From the NCBI GenBank assembly GCA_947623945.1, contig CANQHU010000001.1, positions 102,585 to 166,584 of the forward strand: a stretch of DNA of 64,000 nt. Direction: 5' to 3'. Made by a program: the position numbers and the translations under genes. Of this stretch, positions 1-9,900 are shown in pieces; within the stretch, counting starts at the first letter, position 1, and every line of letters begins with the position of its first letter. This stretch comes from an uncultured Clostridia bacterium. GTDB lineage: Bacteria; Bacillota; Clostridia; TANB77; CAG-508. The notes below the pieces were generated by a model. The model did not search any database, was not told where the DNA came from, and worked only from the letters and a program-made list of their open reading frames with translations.

Positions 1-1
1 T

Positions 2-1075
2 TTGGCCCGAAATTATGTCAACGCCGAAGATAAGGACGCTGCGGTCGTGTGGCAGCAGGTAGCCGACGCTTTGGAAAATATCAAGGAACGGAGTAAAACA
101 ACGAAATATGGTACGGTGTTAAGCGCAGACGAACGCAAAACCTTTGCCAATTTGCTGGCAACGGCGCTCACCTTACAGGAAACCTATCATATTACTTCCG
201 GGCAGATTGCCAAACAAAATGAAGACCTACAGCTTTACTTGGACTTAGAGGCCATTTTATCTAATGCGTATGAACATCCAAATACACAGGAGTTGATAGA
301 TATTACGAATCGGTTATATACCGTAAACCTGCAATACGGGGCGCCGGTTGACGATTTGTATTTTAAACGATTGCGGAATGTAGCAAAGGATTATAAAGCC
401 CTGTCCCAGTTTTTGAAAAAGGAATTTCCCAAGCTGGGAACCTATCAGGACGGCGTATTGACGATTGGAGAAGAGGTTGATGAAGAGACCACCAAGGAAG
501 TGCTTGCTGCGATTGACAAGGGAAACTTAAAAGCCTTTCCCTTTCTTACACAATTGCAGACTTGGTTGACTGGCAGCGACTGGGAAAAAGCGTTGCATCA
601 CAATGAGATTGTCAAGGAGTTTCAACAGTGGAAAGAGGCAGAACACAATCTGTTAGCCGTGCAAAAATCCCAATATATCAAAGCAGATACCATTCTCACT
701 TTAAAAGACGCCACCGACGCCGGATTTACCATTGACGCTCCGGAAAAGGAGGGCTATCAAATCAAGCCGGAGAGCCCAGTTGCCATGCTGATTTACGAAA
801 ATGTTGTGGTGGGGCCTGAGCAGTATATCCGTTATGGCGCGGAAGTTACGGCCGTGATTGAAGAGCCGGAATACGAAGAACTGCCGACCGAAGAAGTATT
901 GGAGGGAGAGGAAACAACCGGTACGACGGAATTGGAAGATGCCGTTTTGCCACCAGTTGTTGACCCGACCACACAAGAGGAATGGGAACCCAATGAAGAG
1001 GAAGAAGAGGAAACCATTCCCGAAGAGGAAGAAGAAATCATAGACGGTGAGGAAGATATCCCACCAGAAGAATAA
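2..1075 (+). CDS. hypothetical protein, 5' partial at window edge, with poly-Glu acidic C-terminal tail
   Basis: Open frame runs from the window start. It ends EEEEEETIPEEEEEIIDGEEDIPPEE. No recognisable catalytic motif. Confidence 0.6.
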   Translation: MARNYVNAEDKDAAVVWQQVADALENIKERSKTTKYGTVLSADERKTFANLLATALTLQETYHITSGQIAKQNEDLQLYLDLEAILSNAYEHPNTQELIDITNRLYTVNLQYGAPVDDLYFKRLRNVAKDYKALSQFLKKEFPKLGTYQDGVLTIGEEVDEETTKEVLAAIDKGNLKAFPFLTQLQTWLTGSDWEKALHHNEIVKEFQQWKEAEHNLLAVQKSQYIKADTILTLKDATDAGFTIDAPEKEGYQIKPESPVAMLIYENVVVGPEQYIRYGAEVTAVIEEPEYEELPTEEVLEGEETTGTTELEDAVLPPVVDPTTQEEWEPNEEEEEETIPEEEEEIIDGEEDIPPEE

Positions 1076-1088
1076 AGGAGGAATAGAT

Positions 1089-3290
1089 ATGAATATTGTC
1101 AAACGAAATGGAAAAGAAGTGCCTTACAATGGTGAACGCATTTTAAATGCCGTGCGAAAGGCCAACGCCGAAGTATCGGAAAGCGAAGCATTGTTAGAGT
1201 CCCAGATTCAGGTCATTGAAGAAAAGGTTTGGATTGCCTTATCCAAATTGAATCGGGCTGCCAATGTGGAAGAGATACAGGATATGGTGATTAAAGAGAT
1301 TATGCGGCAGCAGGCATATCGTCTGGCGCAGGTTTACACGGAATATCGGTTTCGGCAGGCGCTCCGTCGGCAAAAGAATACAACTGATGATTCGATTCTG
1401 TCCATCATTGAATGTGAGAATGAGGACATTCATCAGGAAAACAGTAACAAGAATTCCGTCATTGAATCCACACAGCGGGATTATATTGCTGGAGAGACCT
1501 CAAAGGATTTGACTTGGCGGGTATTACTGCCACCGGATATTGTGGAGGCGCATCGAGAGGGTATTATCCATTTCCATGATTCCGATTACTTTTTACAGAC
1601 CATTCATAATTGTTCCCTTATCAATCTGGAAGATATGCTTCAAAACGGAACAGTCATTTCCGGTGTGATGATTACGCCGCCAAAGAGTTTTGCAACAGCC
1701 TGCAATGTGGCAACACAGATTATTGCACAGGTAGCCAGCAACCAGTATGGCGGCCAGACCTTCCATTTGGGACATCTGGTACCCTATGTGGATGCGTCCC
1801 GGAAAAAGATAAAGAAGAGTGTCAAGCAGGAGGCAGAGACTGCCGGTATCACCTATACCAAAGAACAGATAAATCAGATTGTGAATTCCCGGTTGACCAA
1901 AGAGATAACGGCAGGCATTCAGACCATTCAGTATCAATTAGTCACCTTAATGACGACCAACGGACAGACGCCGTTTGTCTCTATGTATATCAATTTAGAG
2001 GATTGCAAGCCCGGAAAAGAGCGGGACGATATGGCTTTGTTGATTGAAGAGGTATTAAATCAGCGGATTAAGGGACTGCAAAATCCAGACGGTGTTTGGA
2101 TTACCCCAGCCTTTCCAAAAATTTTATATGTGTTGGACGAAGAGAATGTGAAACCGGATTCGCCGTATTTTTATTTGACGGAACTGGCTGCCCGTTGTAC
2201 GGCAAAGCGAATGGTGCCGGATTATATCAGCGCCAAAATCATGCGAAAGGTCAAAGAGGGTGATGTTTACGGTTGTATGGGCTGTCGCAGCTTTTTGACG
2301 CCCGACCGATTTTCGGAAACCAAGGGCAATCTATCCAATGCCGGAAACTATCAGCCCGGTAAACACATCTACTGGGGCCGGTTTAATCAGGGCGTGGTCA
2401 CCTTAAATCTAGTGGACATTGCTTGTTCTTCCAAGAAAGATAAGAATAAGTTTTGGGAGATTTTGGACGAGCGGTTAGAACTTTGCCATCGGGCACTTCG
2501 CTGTCGTCATGAACGGCTGCTTGGAACTAAATCCGATGTGGCGCCGATTTTATGGCAGTACGGAGCTTTGGCCAGATTACAACCCGGAGCACCAATTGAC
2601 CGTTTGTTGTATGACGGATACAGCACTATTTCTTTAGGTTATGCCGGACTATATGAAATGTGTTACTATATGACTGGAAAATCCCATACCGACGATGAGG
2701 GTAAACGATTCGCCCTTCAGGTCATGCAGAAGATGAACGACGCGTGTTCAAAATGGAAAGACGAAGAAAACATTGACTATTCCATCTACGGAACCCCGTT
2801 GGAATCTACGACCTATCGGTTTGCAAAGTGTTTGCAAAAACGCTTTGGTTCCATTCCCGGCGTGACCGACCATAATTATATTACCAATAGCTACCATGTG
2901 TGTGTTAGAGAGGAGATTGACGCGTTCACAAAGTTAAAATTTGAGTCTGAGTTTCAGGCATTGTCTCCGGGCGGAGCCATTTCCTATGTGGAAGTCCCGA
3001 ATATGCAGCAAAACATTCCGGCTGTCATTGCTTTAATCCAGTATATTTATGATAACATCATGTATGCCGAATTAAATACCAAGAGTGATTACTGCCAAGT
3101 ATGCGGCTATGATGGCGAAATCCTTATTAAAGAGGATGAAAATCAGAAGTTAATCTGGGAGTGCCCGCAATGCGGAAATAGAGACCAGACGAAGATGAAT
3201 GTGGCCCGTCGGACTTGCGGATATATTGGAACCCAGTTTTGGAATCAGGGCCGCACGCAGGAAATCAGAGACCGGGTATTACACCTGTAA
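1089..3290 (+). CDS. nrdD: anaerobic ribonucleoside-triphosphate reductase (class III, glycyl radical)
   Basis: ATP-cone-like N-terminus (IVKRNGKEVPYNGERILNAV). C-terminal Zn ribbon (CQVCGYDGE...CPQCGN) and glycyl-radical motif RRTCGYIG. AAAGGAGG RBS lies 8 nt upstream of the ATG at 1089; the longer ORF from 1047 lacks an RBS. Confidence 0.9.
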   Translation: MNIVKRNGKEVPYNGERILNAVRKANAEVSESEALLESQIQVIEEKVWIALSKLNRAANVEEIQDMVIKEIMRQQAYRLAQVYTEYRFRQALRRQKNTTDDSILSIIECENEDIHQENSNKNSVIESTQRDYIAGETSKDLTWRVLLPPDIVEAHREGIIHFHDSDYFLQTIHNCSLINLEDMLQNGTVISGVMITPPKSFATACNVATQIIAQVASNQYGGQTFHLGHLVPYVDASRKKIKKSVKQEAETAGITYTKEQINQIVNSRLTKEITAGIQTIQYQLVTLMTTNGQTPFVSMYINLEDCKPGKERDDMALLIEEVLNQRIKGLQNPDGVWITPAFPKILYVLDEENVKPDSPYFYLTELAARCTAKRMVPDYISAKIMRKVKEGDVYGCMGCRSFLTPDRFSETKGNLSNAGNYQPGKHIYWGRFNQGVVTLNLVDIACSSKKDKNKFWEILDERLELCHRALRCRHERLLGTKSDVAPILWQYGALARLQPGAPIDRLLYDGYSTISLGYAGLYEMCYYMTGKSHTDDEGKRFALQVMQKMNDACSKWKDEENIDYSIYGTPLESTTYRFAKCLQKRFGSIPGVTDHNYITNSYHVCVREEIDAFTKLKFESEFQALSPGGAISYVEVPNMQQNIPAVIALIQYIYDNIMYAELNTKSDYCQVCGYDGEILIKEDENQKLIWECPQCGNRDQTKMNVARRTCGYIGTQFWNQGRTQEIRDRVLHL

Positions 3291-3368
3291 GACGGTCTTT
3301 ACAAGGGTGGTTTTCTTTGGTAAAATAAAGAAGAATGAGGCAAAAGGCTAAATGAAGGAGCGCGAGAT

Positions 3369-3881
3369 ATGAAATTTTTGGTAAAATTTTTTAGTATATT
3401 TGTAACGACAATTACGATTTTTGTCTTTTTATTAATTGGTGCGTTTACAATTCCCAGATTATTTCACATTAATCCTTATGTCGTGCGTTCTGCCTCTATG
3501 GAACCGGCGCTGCCTACCGGCAGTTTAGTTTATGTCAATGCCAATGATACAGAGGTTACGGTGGGTGACATCATTACCTTCGGACTTTCCACCGGAAAGG
3601 AATCTGGAGTGTATGTCACGCACCGTGTTTACCAGATAGATACAGCTCGAAATATGATACAGACCAAGGGAGATAAAAATGAGGAACCCGACGGTTTTAT
3701 CGACGCTTCCGCCGTAGCCGGAACCGTGGTGTTCCACATTCCCGGAGTTGGCTTTGCCTTAGAGGGTTTACAGGAACGGGGCGGCTTTGTTATTATTGCC
3801 GTTTCCGTTTGTTTATTAAATGGACTGGTTGTACTGGTTCATTGTCTGGATAGAATGAATACACCAGCGTCAGCACAATAG
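3369..3881 (+). CDS. sipW: SipW/ER-type signal peptidase I (S26B)
   Basis: N-terminal TM segment. Ser box SASMEP, His box VTHRV, TKGDKNEEPD box and a C-terminal TM segment. Sits immediately upstream of proteins with SipW-class signal peptides. Confidence 0.8.
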   Translation: MKFLVKFFSIFVTTITIFVFLLIGAFTIPRLFHINPYVVRSASMEPALPTGSLVYVNANDTEVTVGDIITFGLSTGKESGVYVTHRVYQIDTARNMIQTKGDKNEEPDGFIDASAVAGTVVFHIPGVGFALEGLQERGGFVIIAVSVCLLNGLVVLVHCLDRMNTPASAQ

Positions 3882-4036
3882 CCACTGGCTATTTGATATA
3901 AAAAAGGGCATATCCCTGATGAGGAGGAAAGGAGGACAAAAACCATTTTCCAAAACCGAAAAGACCAAAGTAACGAAAATATAAGAAAATATAAGAAAGG
4001 AGAGTGCCTACCGGTGCTGATAGGCATAAAATTAAG

Positions 4037-5098
4037 ATGAAGAAAAAAATGAAAATCACGAAACGAACTGCAATGTCCTTGGGTATTTGCGGATTAATTG
4101 CTATCATGGGCATTACAGGGACTATCGCATATTTGACCGACAAGGCGGGTGCGACAAATAAGTTTACTTTTGGTGAAGTGAAAGTGGAGCTCCTCGAGCC
4201 GGATTGGGATACGACCGATACCGACGGCGACGGAATTCCGGATATGAGTGAGTTTGTGGTACCGAATCAGCCAGTACCCAAATCTGTAGAAGGACACAAT
4301 GTCGGTATTAACGACGCAGTGGTATTCATTAAGTTGACCGTTCCGGTGCATAAAGTTACCAGAGTAGCTGACAACGGAACCGCAGAGCGAAAGGAAAACA
4401 ATTATCTGGATGCCAAGATGCAGGAGTTGTTCTACTTCCAGCAGAAAGAAGACACCATCAATTGTGAGAATAATCATTTTGCAGATACTTGGATTAATCT
4501 GCCGGAAGAGGAAATGGGATATGAGGGTGCAGGCGGTTCGACGCCGTACTTGGATTTGACGAATACCAAGGTGTACACCGATTCCATTCGTACTTATGTC
4601 TTTGGTTTTCATCGTCGGATACCAAAAGATGAATATACCACCAAGTTATTCGAGAAGGTACAGATTAAGAACATCATTGAAAATGAAGTAGACCCTGCCG
4701 ATGTACAGGATATTAAAGTCGAATTATATTCGATTCAGGCAGATTGTATCGTGGACGAAAATGGCGAGATTGATACTAGCGGAGAATTAGACCATGATAC
4801 CTTAAAAGAGATTTATGATATTTATATGACGCAGAATCCACGGTATAAGAATGAGACGGAAGATGATGATATGATTTCTACCGAGCCGGAAGAGGCGATT
4901 AACACAAAGACCAAGGTAGAAAAGATAACCAAAAAGCCGGCTTCCAACACAAAGATAGAAATCACAGAGTCTTCTGAGACAGAAAGCACAACAGAGAACA
5001 ACGACCTTGGTCCAGCTATTATAAAGGATGAAAATGGATATTATCATTCGTTTGACCAAAATGGGAAAGAAACAATATGGAAAGCAGATGAAGACTAA
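4037..5098 (+). CDS. TasA/camelysin (peptidase M73)-family secreted protein with SipW-class signal peptide
   Basis: N-terminus KKKMKITKRTAMSLGICGLIAIMGITGTIAYLTDKAGATNKFTFGEVKV matches the AYLTD..N.F.G signature of TasA/CalY. Contains a DTDGDGIPD calcium-binding-like repeat. Start is ambiguous (GTG 4004, ATG 4037 or ATG 4049). Confidence 0.7.
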   Translation: MKKKMKITKRTAMSLGICGLIAIMGITGTIAYLTDKAGATNKFTFGEVKVELLEPDWDTTDTDGDGIPDMSEFVVPNQPVPKSVEGHNVGINDAVVFIKLTVPVHKVTRVADNGTAERKENNYLDAKMQELFYFQQKEDTINCENNHFADTWINLPEEEMGYEGAGGSTPYLDLTNTKVYTDSIRTYVFGFHRRIPKDEYTTKLFEKVQIKNIIENEVDPADVQDIKVELYSIQADCIVDENGEIDTSGELDHDTLKEIYDIYMTQNPRYKNETEDDDMISTEPEEAINTKTKVEKITKKPASNTKIEITESSETESTTENNDLGPAIIKDENGYYHSFDQNGKETIWKADED

Positions 5099-5120
5099 TC
5101 AGTGAGAAAGGAGTTAGACT

Positions 5121-6320
5121 ATGAAAAAACAGAGACTAAAATGTGGAATTCTCACTTGTCTGACTGTCCTGCTTTGTTTCCCAACCACTGTAATGGCGAA
5201 AAAGTCTGCCATGGTAACAAACAACGGTTCCATTGGAGCAGTTGATATTCAATTAAATTATACGGTGGAAGGTAATGCTGCCGCCGTGCTGCCAAGTCAG
5301 AATATTGGCTTGCATACTTCTGTTACAAATGTGGCAGAGCCGTCTTGGATACGAATGAAAGTACAGTATCCGATATATGATGGAGAGATTTTGGAGCGAT
5401 TGACCGAGGAACATATGACGCCATTAGACGATAGTCTGCTTACGATTGCAGACGGAGCGTGGAAGAAGATTGGTCCGTATTACTATTTGACCACACCGGT
5501 CGAAAGTGGAGCTGTCATTCCTTTTACGGAGGCCATTCGGATTCCAGCAGATTGGGATAATCGGGTGATTAAAACGCAGTTTGGCGTTTGTATTTCCGCA
5601 GAAGCCATTCAGGAAAAGAATTTTACACCGGATTTTGAGTCAGAAGACCCTTGGTTCGGCGCCGTAATTGAGGCATACGATTCCACGGATTATATTCATA
5701 AAGAGGCTGGAAACGAACGGTTTTCAGTGACCTATGAAGGTGGTTCGGAGGGAATGATTGCCACGGGAAAAGACTTTTTCTCTAATTGGGAAACCTTAAT
5801 GCCGGGCGATACCGTGACCGGGGAGGCCCTGATTCAGAACAATATGGATATTCCGGTCAACATCTATTTTCGCATTCAGTCGGAAGATGATAAGACCAAC
5901 AAGATATTGGACAAACTGCATTTGGTAGTCAAGAATGGAAAAAAGGTTATCTTTGACGGACCGCTTAGTAAGAATTTAGACGAAATCTTATTAAAGCAGT
6001 ATCAGCCAAAGAAATCGTCTAAATTGACTTATACTTTAACGGTTCCGGCGTCACTTACTAATGCATTTGCAGAAAATAAGTTTAAAAGTGTTTGGACTTT
6101 CCGGGCAGAGGAAGTGATAACTCCGGAAAAAGAAGCAAATCCAAAAACTCCGGCCAATCCGAAAACACCGTCGAAGTCCAATCCAAAGACGCCGACGGAA
6201 ATTATTAAAACCGGCAACGAAATGACACTATATCACTTCATTGTCATTGGCATTTGTCTGGTACTTGCCATTGGAACCGGTATTGGCTATGTCAAAACGA
6301 AAAGGGGGCGGAAGATATGA
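5121..6320 (+). CDS. secreted surface protein with NPKTP repeats and C-terminal sorting-signal-like anchor
   Basis: Sec signal peptide (..TVMA-KK). NPKTP x3 linker, then IIKTG followed by a hydrophobic stretch and a KTKRGRKI tail. GAAAGGAG RBS. Confidence 0.7.
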   Translation: MKKQRLKCGILTCLTVLLCFPTTVMAKKSAMVTNNGSIGAVDIQLNYTVEGNAAAVLPSQNIGLHTSVTNVAEPSWIRMKVQYPIYDGEILERLTEEHMTPLDDSLLTIADGAWKKIGPYYYLTTPVESGAVIPFTEAIRIPADWDNRVIKTQFGVCISAEAIQEKNFTPDFESEDPWFGAVIEAYDSTDYIHKEAGNERFSVTYEGGSEGMIATGKDFFSNWETLMPGDTVTGEALIQNNMDIPVNIYFRIQSEDDKTNKILDKLHLVVKNGKKVIFDGPLSKNLDEILLKQYQPKKSSKLTYTLTVPASLTNAFAENKFKSVWTFRAEEVITPEKEANPKTPANPKTPSKSNPKTPTEIIKTGNEMTLYHFIVIGICLVLAIGTGIGYVKTKRGRKI

Positions 6321-6973
6321 AATTAAATCCAGTGACAGAAGTTCCCAAGAAACGGAAATTTCGCATGGTTTATAGTCTCCCGCTGCTCCTTGCCGCTTTG
6401 ATAATCAGCGTCACGGGGACTTTGGCATACTTAACTTATAAGACGCCAATGGAGCATAACAAATTTACCTTTGGTAATGTAGATGTCAAGATAATTGAGG
6501 AATATAATCCCCCACGGTCCATGGACCCCGGAAACAACGACTATGACAAAAAGGTATCCATTCAAAATACCGGAACTATAGATTGTTTTGTCCGTGTCGA
6601 TGTCATGTGGTCCTCCGTGGATGTACAAAAGATTTCGTACTTATCAACCGACAACCGGGCGTCGTGGATTCCGGCCACCAGCTTTACCACAAATACTCCA
6701 AATAAGTGGGTGTATCAGGCAACAGGAGAGTTGACCGGCTATTATTATTACACGGAGCCTTTGGCACCCGGAGAAACATCGGAGCCATTGTTTACCGATG
6801 TGCGAACCGTTTTTTCCGCAAAAACATCAGATGTAACTAACATTGTGAATCAGACCGAGCGGGATTATGATATTTATATTCATACAGAGGCGATTCAGCA
6901 AATGGCATTAGACGGTTCCGGAAAACATAAAGACTATCAGGTTGCTTGGAAAGATTTCCTTGCAAAGAAATAA
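6317..6973 (+). CDS. TasA/camelysin-family protein with SipW-class signal peptide
   Basis: ATGA overlap with the upstream stop. N-terminus ..LLAALIISVTGTLAYLTYKTPMEHNKFTFGNVDVKI carries the same signature as the 4037 gene. Confidence 0.7.
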   Translation: MKLNPVTEVPKKRKFRMVYSLPLLLAALIISVTGTLAYLTYKTPMEHNKFTFGNVDVKIIEEYNPPRSMDPGNNDYDKKVSIQNTGTIDCFVRVDVMWSSVDVQKISYLSTDNRASWIPATSFTTNTPNKWVYQATGELTGYYYYTEPLAPGETSEPLFTDVRTVFSAKTSDVTNIVNQTERDYDIYIHTEAIQQMALDGSGKHKDYQVAWKDFLAKK

Positions 6974-6990
6974 CATGGAGGTGAAACATC

Positions 6991-9900
6991 GTGAGAACAC
7001 ATAGAAAAGTGGCTGCTTTCTTGTTAGCGGCAGTTATGTTGGTGTCTTCGATGTCCGTACAGGCCGCCCCGCCCATTGTGGGGCAGCCTTCCGTGACAGC
7101 AAAAGAGACACCGAATGTGGTCGGAAAAACCACAACCTCTGAGGTAAAAGAAACCCCAAATGTGGTTGGTAAAACAACAGAGACAAAAGAGACGCCGAAT
7201 GTAGTCGGAAAGGCGACAACAGAGGCAAAAGAGACGCCGAATGTGGTCACAACAGAGGCATCGACTGCCGTGACGACGGAAACAACGACGGAAATAACAA
7301 CAGAAGCTGCAATAGAAGAGACAGAGGGACGAGAGCCGGAAGAGGAAGAAGTTACAAAGACATTATTAATGGAAGCGCCCGAAAGAGACAAAATTCCAAA
7401 AAACGCTAATATTATAGATAATATTGACGATATGTATTTAATATCATTTGACACACAAAAAGAAGCTATTAAAGCGTATGAAGAATATGGCAGTGGCAAA
7501 GGTAGTTATAAGGCTTCTATTAACACATCTTTTCGGGTGGCAACAGAAATATCGAAAACAAAGGATACACCGAATGACATCTTAGACGAAAATGTTTTTT
7601 CTAATATAGATACAGAACCAAAATCGTCGATTGTTCGTATAGGAAATACGGAAACAATTGCTTTAATTGATAGTGGCGTTCCTCAAAATCAATCGAATGT
7701 GGAAATGACTTCTGTCTTATCCAATGATGAGGGAGTGGATGGAAATGGACATGGAACGGTAATGTTAGAGACTATTCGCAACATCAATCCCAATGTAAAA
7801 GTATTATCTATCAAAGCCATAGATGATACCGGATTTGGAGACGCTGCTTCTGTTTATGCAGCAATTGAATATGCCATTGAGCGAAAAGTGTCTATTATCA
7901 ATTTATCTTTGAGTGGAGACGCAACAGAAGGAAATTTGGCTATCGAATCAGCAATTCAAGACGCTGTTAATGCGGGAATCCGTGTTATTGGAGCCGCAGG
8001 CAATAATGGAAATGATGCAAAGTATTATGTTCCCGGCAGCATCCGAAATGTAATTGTGTTGGGTGCGTGTGACAGTCTGGGAAATCGCATTTTCACATCT
8101 AATTATGGACCTTCTGTTGATTATTTTGGAGAGGCATCTTCTACATCTGAGGCAACGGCCAAGTTTTCTGCAACATTGGCATTGAATGATGGAGATATTG
8201 GAAAAACAGAATTAAAATTTTTTAAAAATGAAGAGAATTTTACCAACAATGCGGCTCCTATGGTAGAAGGTACTGATGGATTGGAACCCGCCGGAACGGT
8301 CATAGACTCTGCCACGGAAGCGTTTAAAGGTCCCGGAAATGTACGAAAGATGGACGGTGACAGTTCATCTAATGGTAAACCCATCTATGTATTTCATGAT
8401 TGGATGGCTAAAAGCTATTTTGATTTTGTAGATGCAAACAAGAGCCATCCTATCATTTTGATTCAGGGTGATTATAATGAAGAAGAGGATGCTGCACCCA
8501 TATATCGCTCGGACAAGAACGGAGATTGGAGTGATAAGGCTGATGAGTGTATGGACGGGTCGAAGACTGTTCAAAAACAGACATTAAAAGGCGGTCCAAG
8601 TGATGATTATAAATTACTGCGTTGTACAGGTAGCGTTGATAATGATGCGGTGCAAATCGTATATAATCAGGGTGATGCGCCAGAACATACCAGCGGTGTT
8701 GGGTTTTCATCAATGGGAACAGTATTTTATATCCAGCGTCCAGAGGTAAATAAAAATGATACAGATACATCAATTGATTTGAATGAATATTTTGTATTGC
8801 CTTGGGTTGCCGCAAATACAGCGACTGGAGAACGAACACATTTAATTATAAATATAACCCATTATGAATGGCACGCGGCCCATGTGACGGGCGATAAAGG
8901 GGAACAAAAGTCAGTCGAAACTGTAACAAACGCTGGAAAAGGAATTACAAAATTGCCTTTATTTGCAGTTACACTAAACGGTGAGTTTCATTTCTATGGA
9001 GGTGTCAATCGTGCTGAATATTGTGAAAGTCATAGTAATTACGGTGATGTAAATGCTTATGTAAAGATTACTTATAACCTGATAATCCCGGATGTACCAG
9101 AAGACTCGGCTGTTATGTATGCGTTTCGTGATATTGACCAAGAGATGGAAAGTCTTACCATAACTAATCCAATGTCTGATTTGAGTGTGGGTTCAAAAGC
9201 ATTCGACCATGGAAGTACAGTTGAAGGAAAATCCTATAAATCTTCAAACCATGGGTCTTTAGTCATTACGAAAGACGGAACCGGAGCGAATGCAACATTT
9301 AAAATAGACAATGGAAAAACGACAGGGGATGATGAATCTAGTTCTAATGATGATGAATCGGAAACAGGAACAGGTTTTTCCCTATTTGTAGATGCTCCAA
9401 AAACAAAGATTACATGGACTGGACATAATTGTGGAACACAAATGGGTGAGCAAACAAAGCCAATTGTTGAAAAGGTTCAAACACTGTATCAAAGACCAGA
9501 TGGAGCATATGGAAAGGATTATAACATAACTTATGCTAATGACCAGTATTATAAAAACGATAACGTAAATATGAGAGCAAAAGTAAAGGCATGGTATCTG
9601 TGTCCATGTTCAAAATTTAATGGTTATACAGAACGGTACCAACCTTGCACATATGATGACTATGATGGTGATGACTATGATGTCATAGATGACTATCTTA
9701 CTGCTGAGGACCTGCGTGATAATGACTTTCTTTTGAGTGCACAATCACCATATAAGATATATCGTACAGATTTAGACACAGGAAATCTAAACAGTACTTA
9801 TTATACGAATCAATACACCAATCCGACACTATCTCCTCCTGCTAAGACTTTACCTACAATTTCAGCACCATGGGATGTAAATGCGCATCCAACGAATCAA

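Noticed and set aside
4004-4036. GTG start at 4004 for the first TasA-like gene.
   Set aside because: The AAAGGAG sequence ends only 1 nt before this GTG, which is too close for an RBS. ATG 4037 or 4049 gives a normal Lys-rich n-region, although the true start remains uncertain.
7102-7248. Regularly spaced direct repeats that could superficially suggest a CRISPR-like array.
   Set aside because: The repeats are in frame within a long ORF, are imperfect at synonymous positions, and their spacers are only a few codons long. They encode KETPNVV peptide repeats.
6837-7499. 220-aa minus-strand ORF with repetitive Val/Ser/Thr content.
   Set aside because: It is antisense to the KETPNVV tandem-repeat region and the signal peptide of the giant surface protein, so it is an artefact of the repeat. 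No RBS is present.
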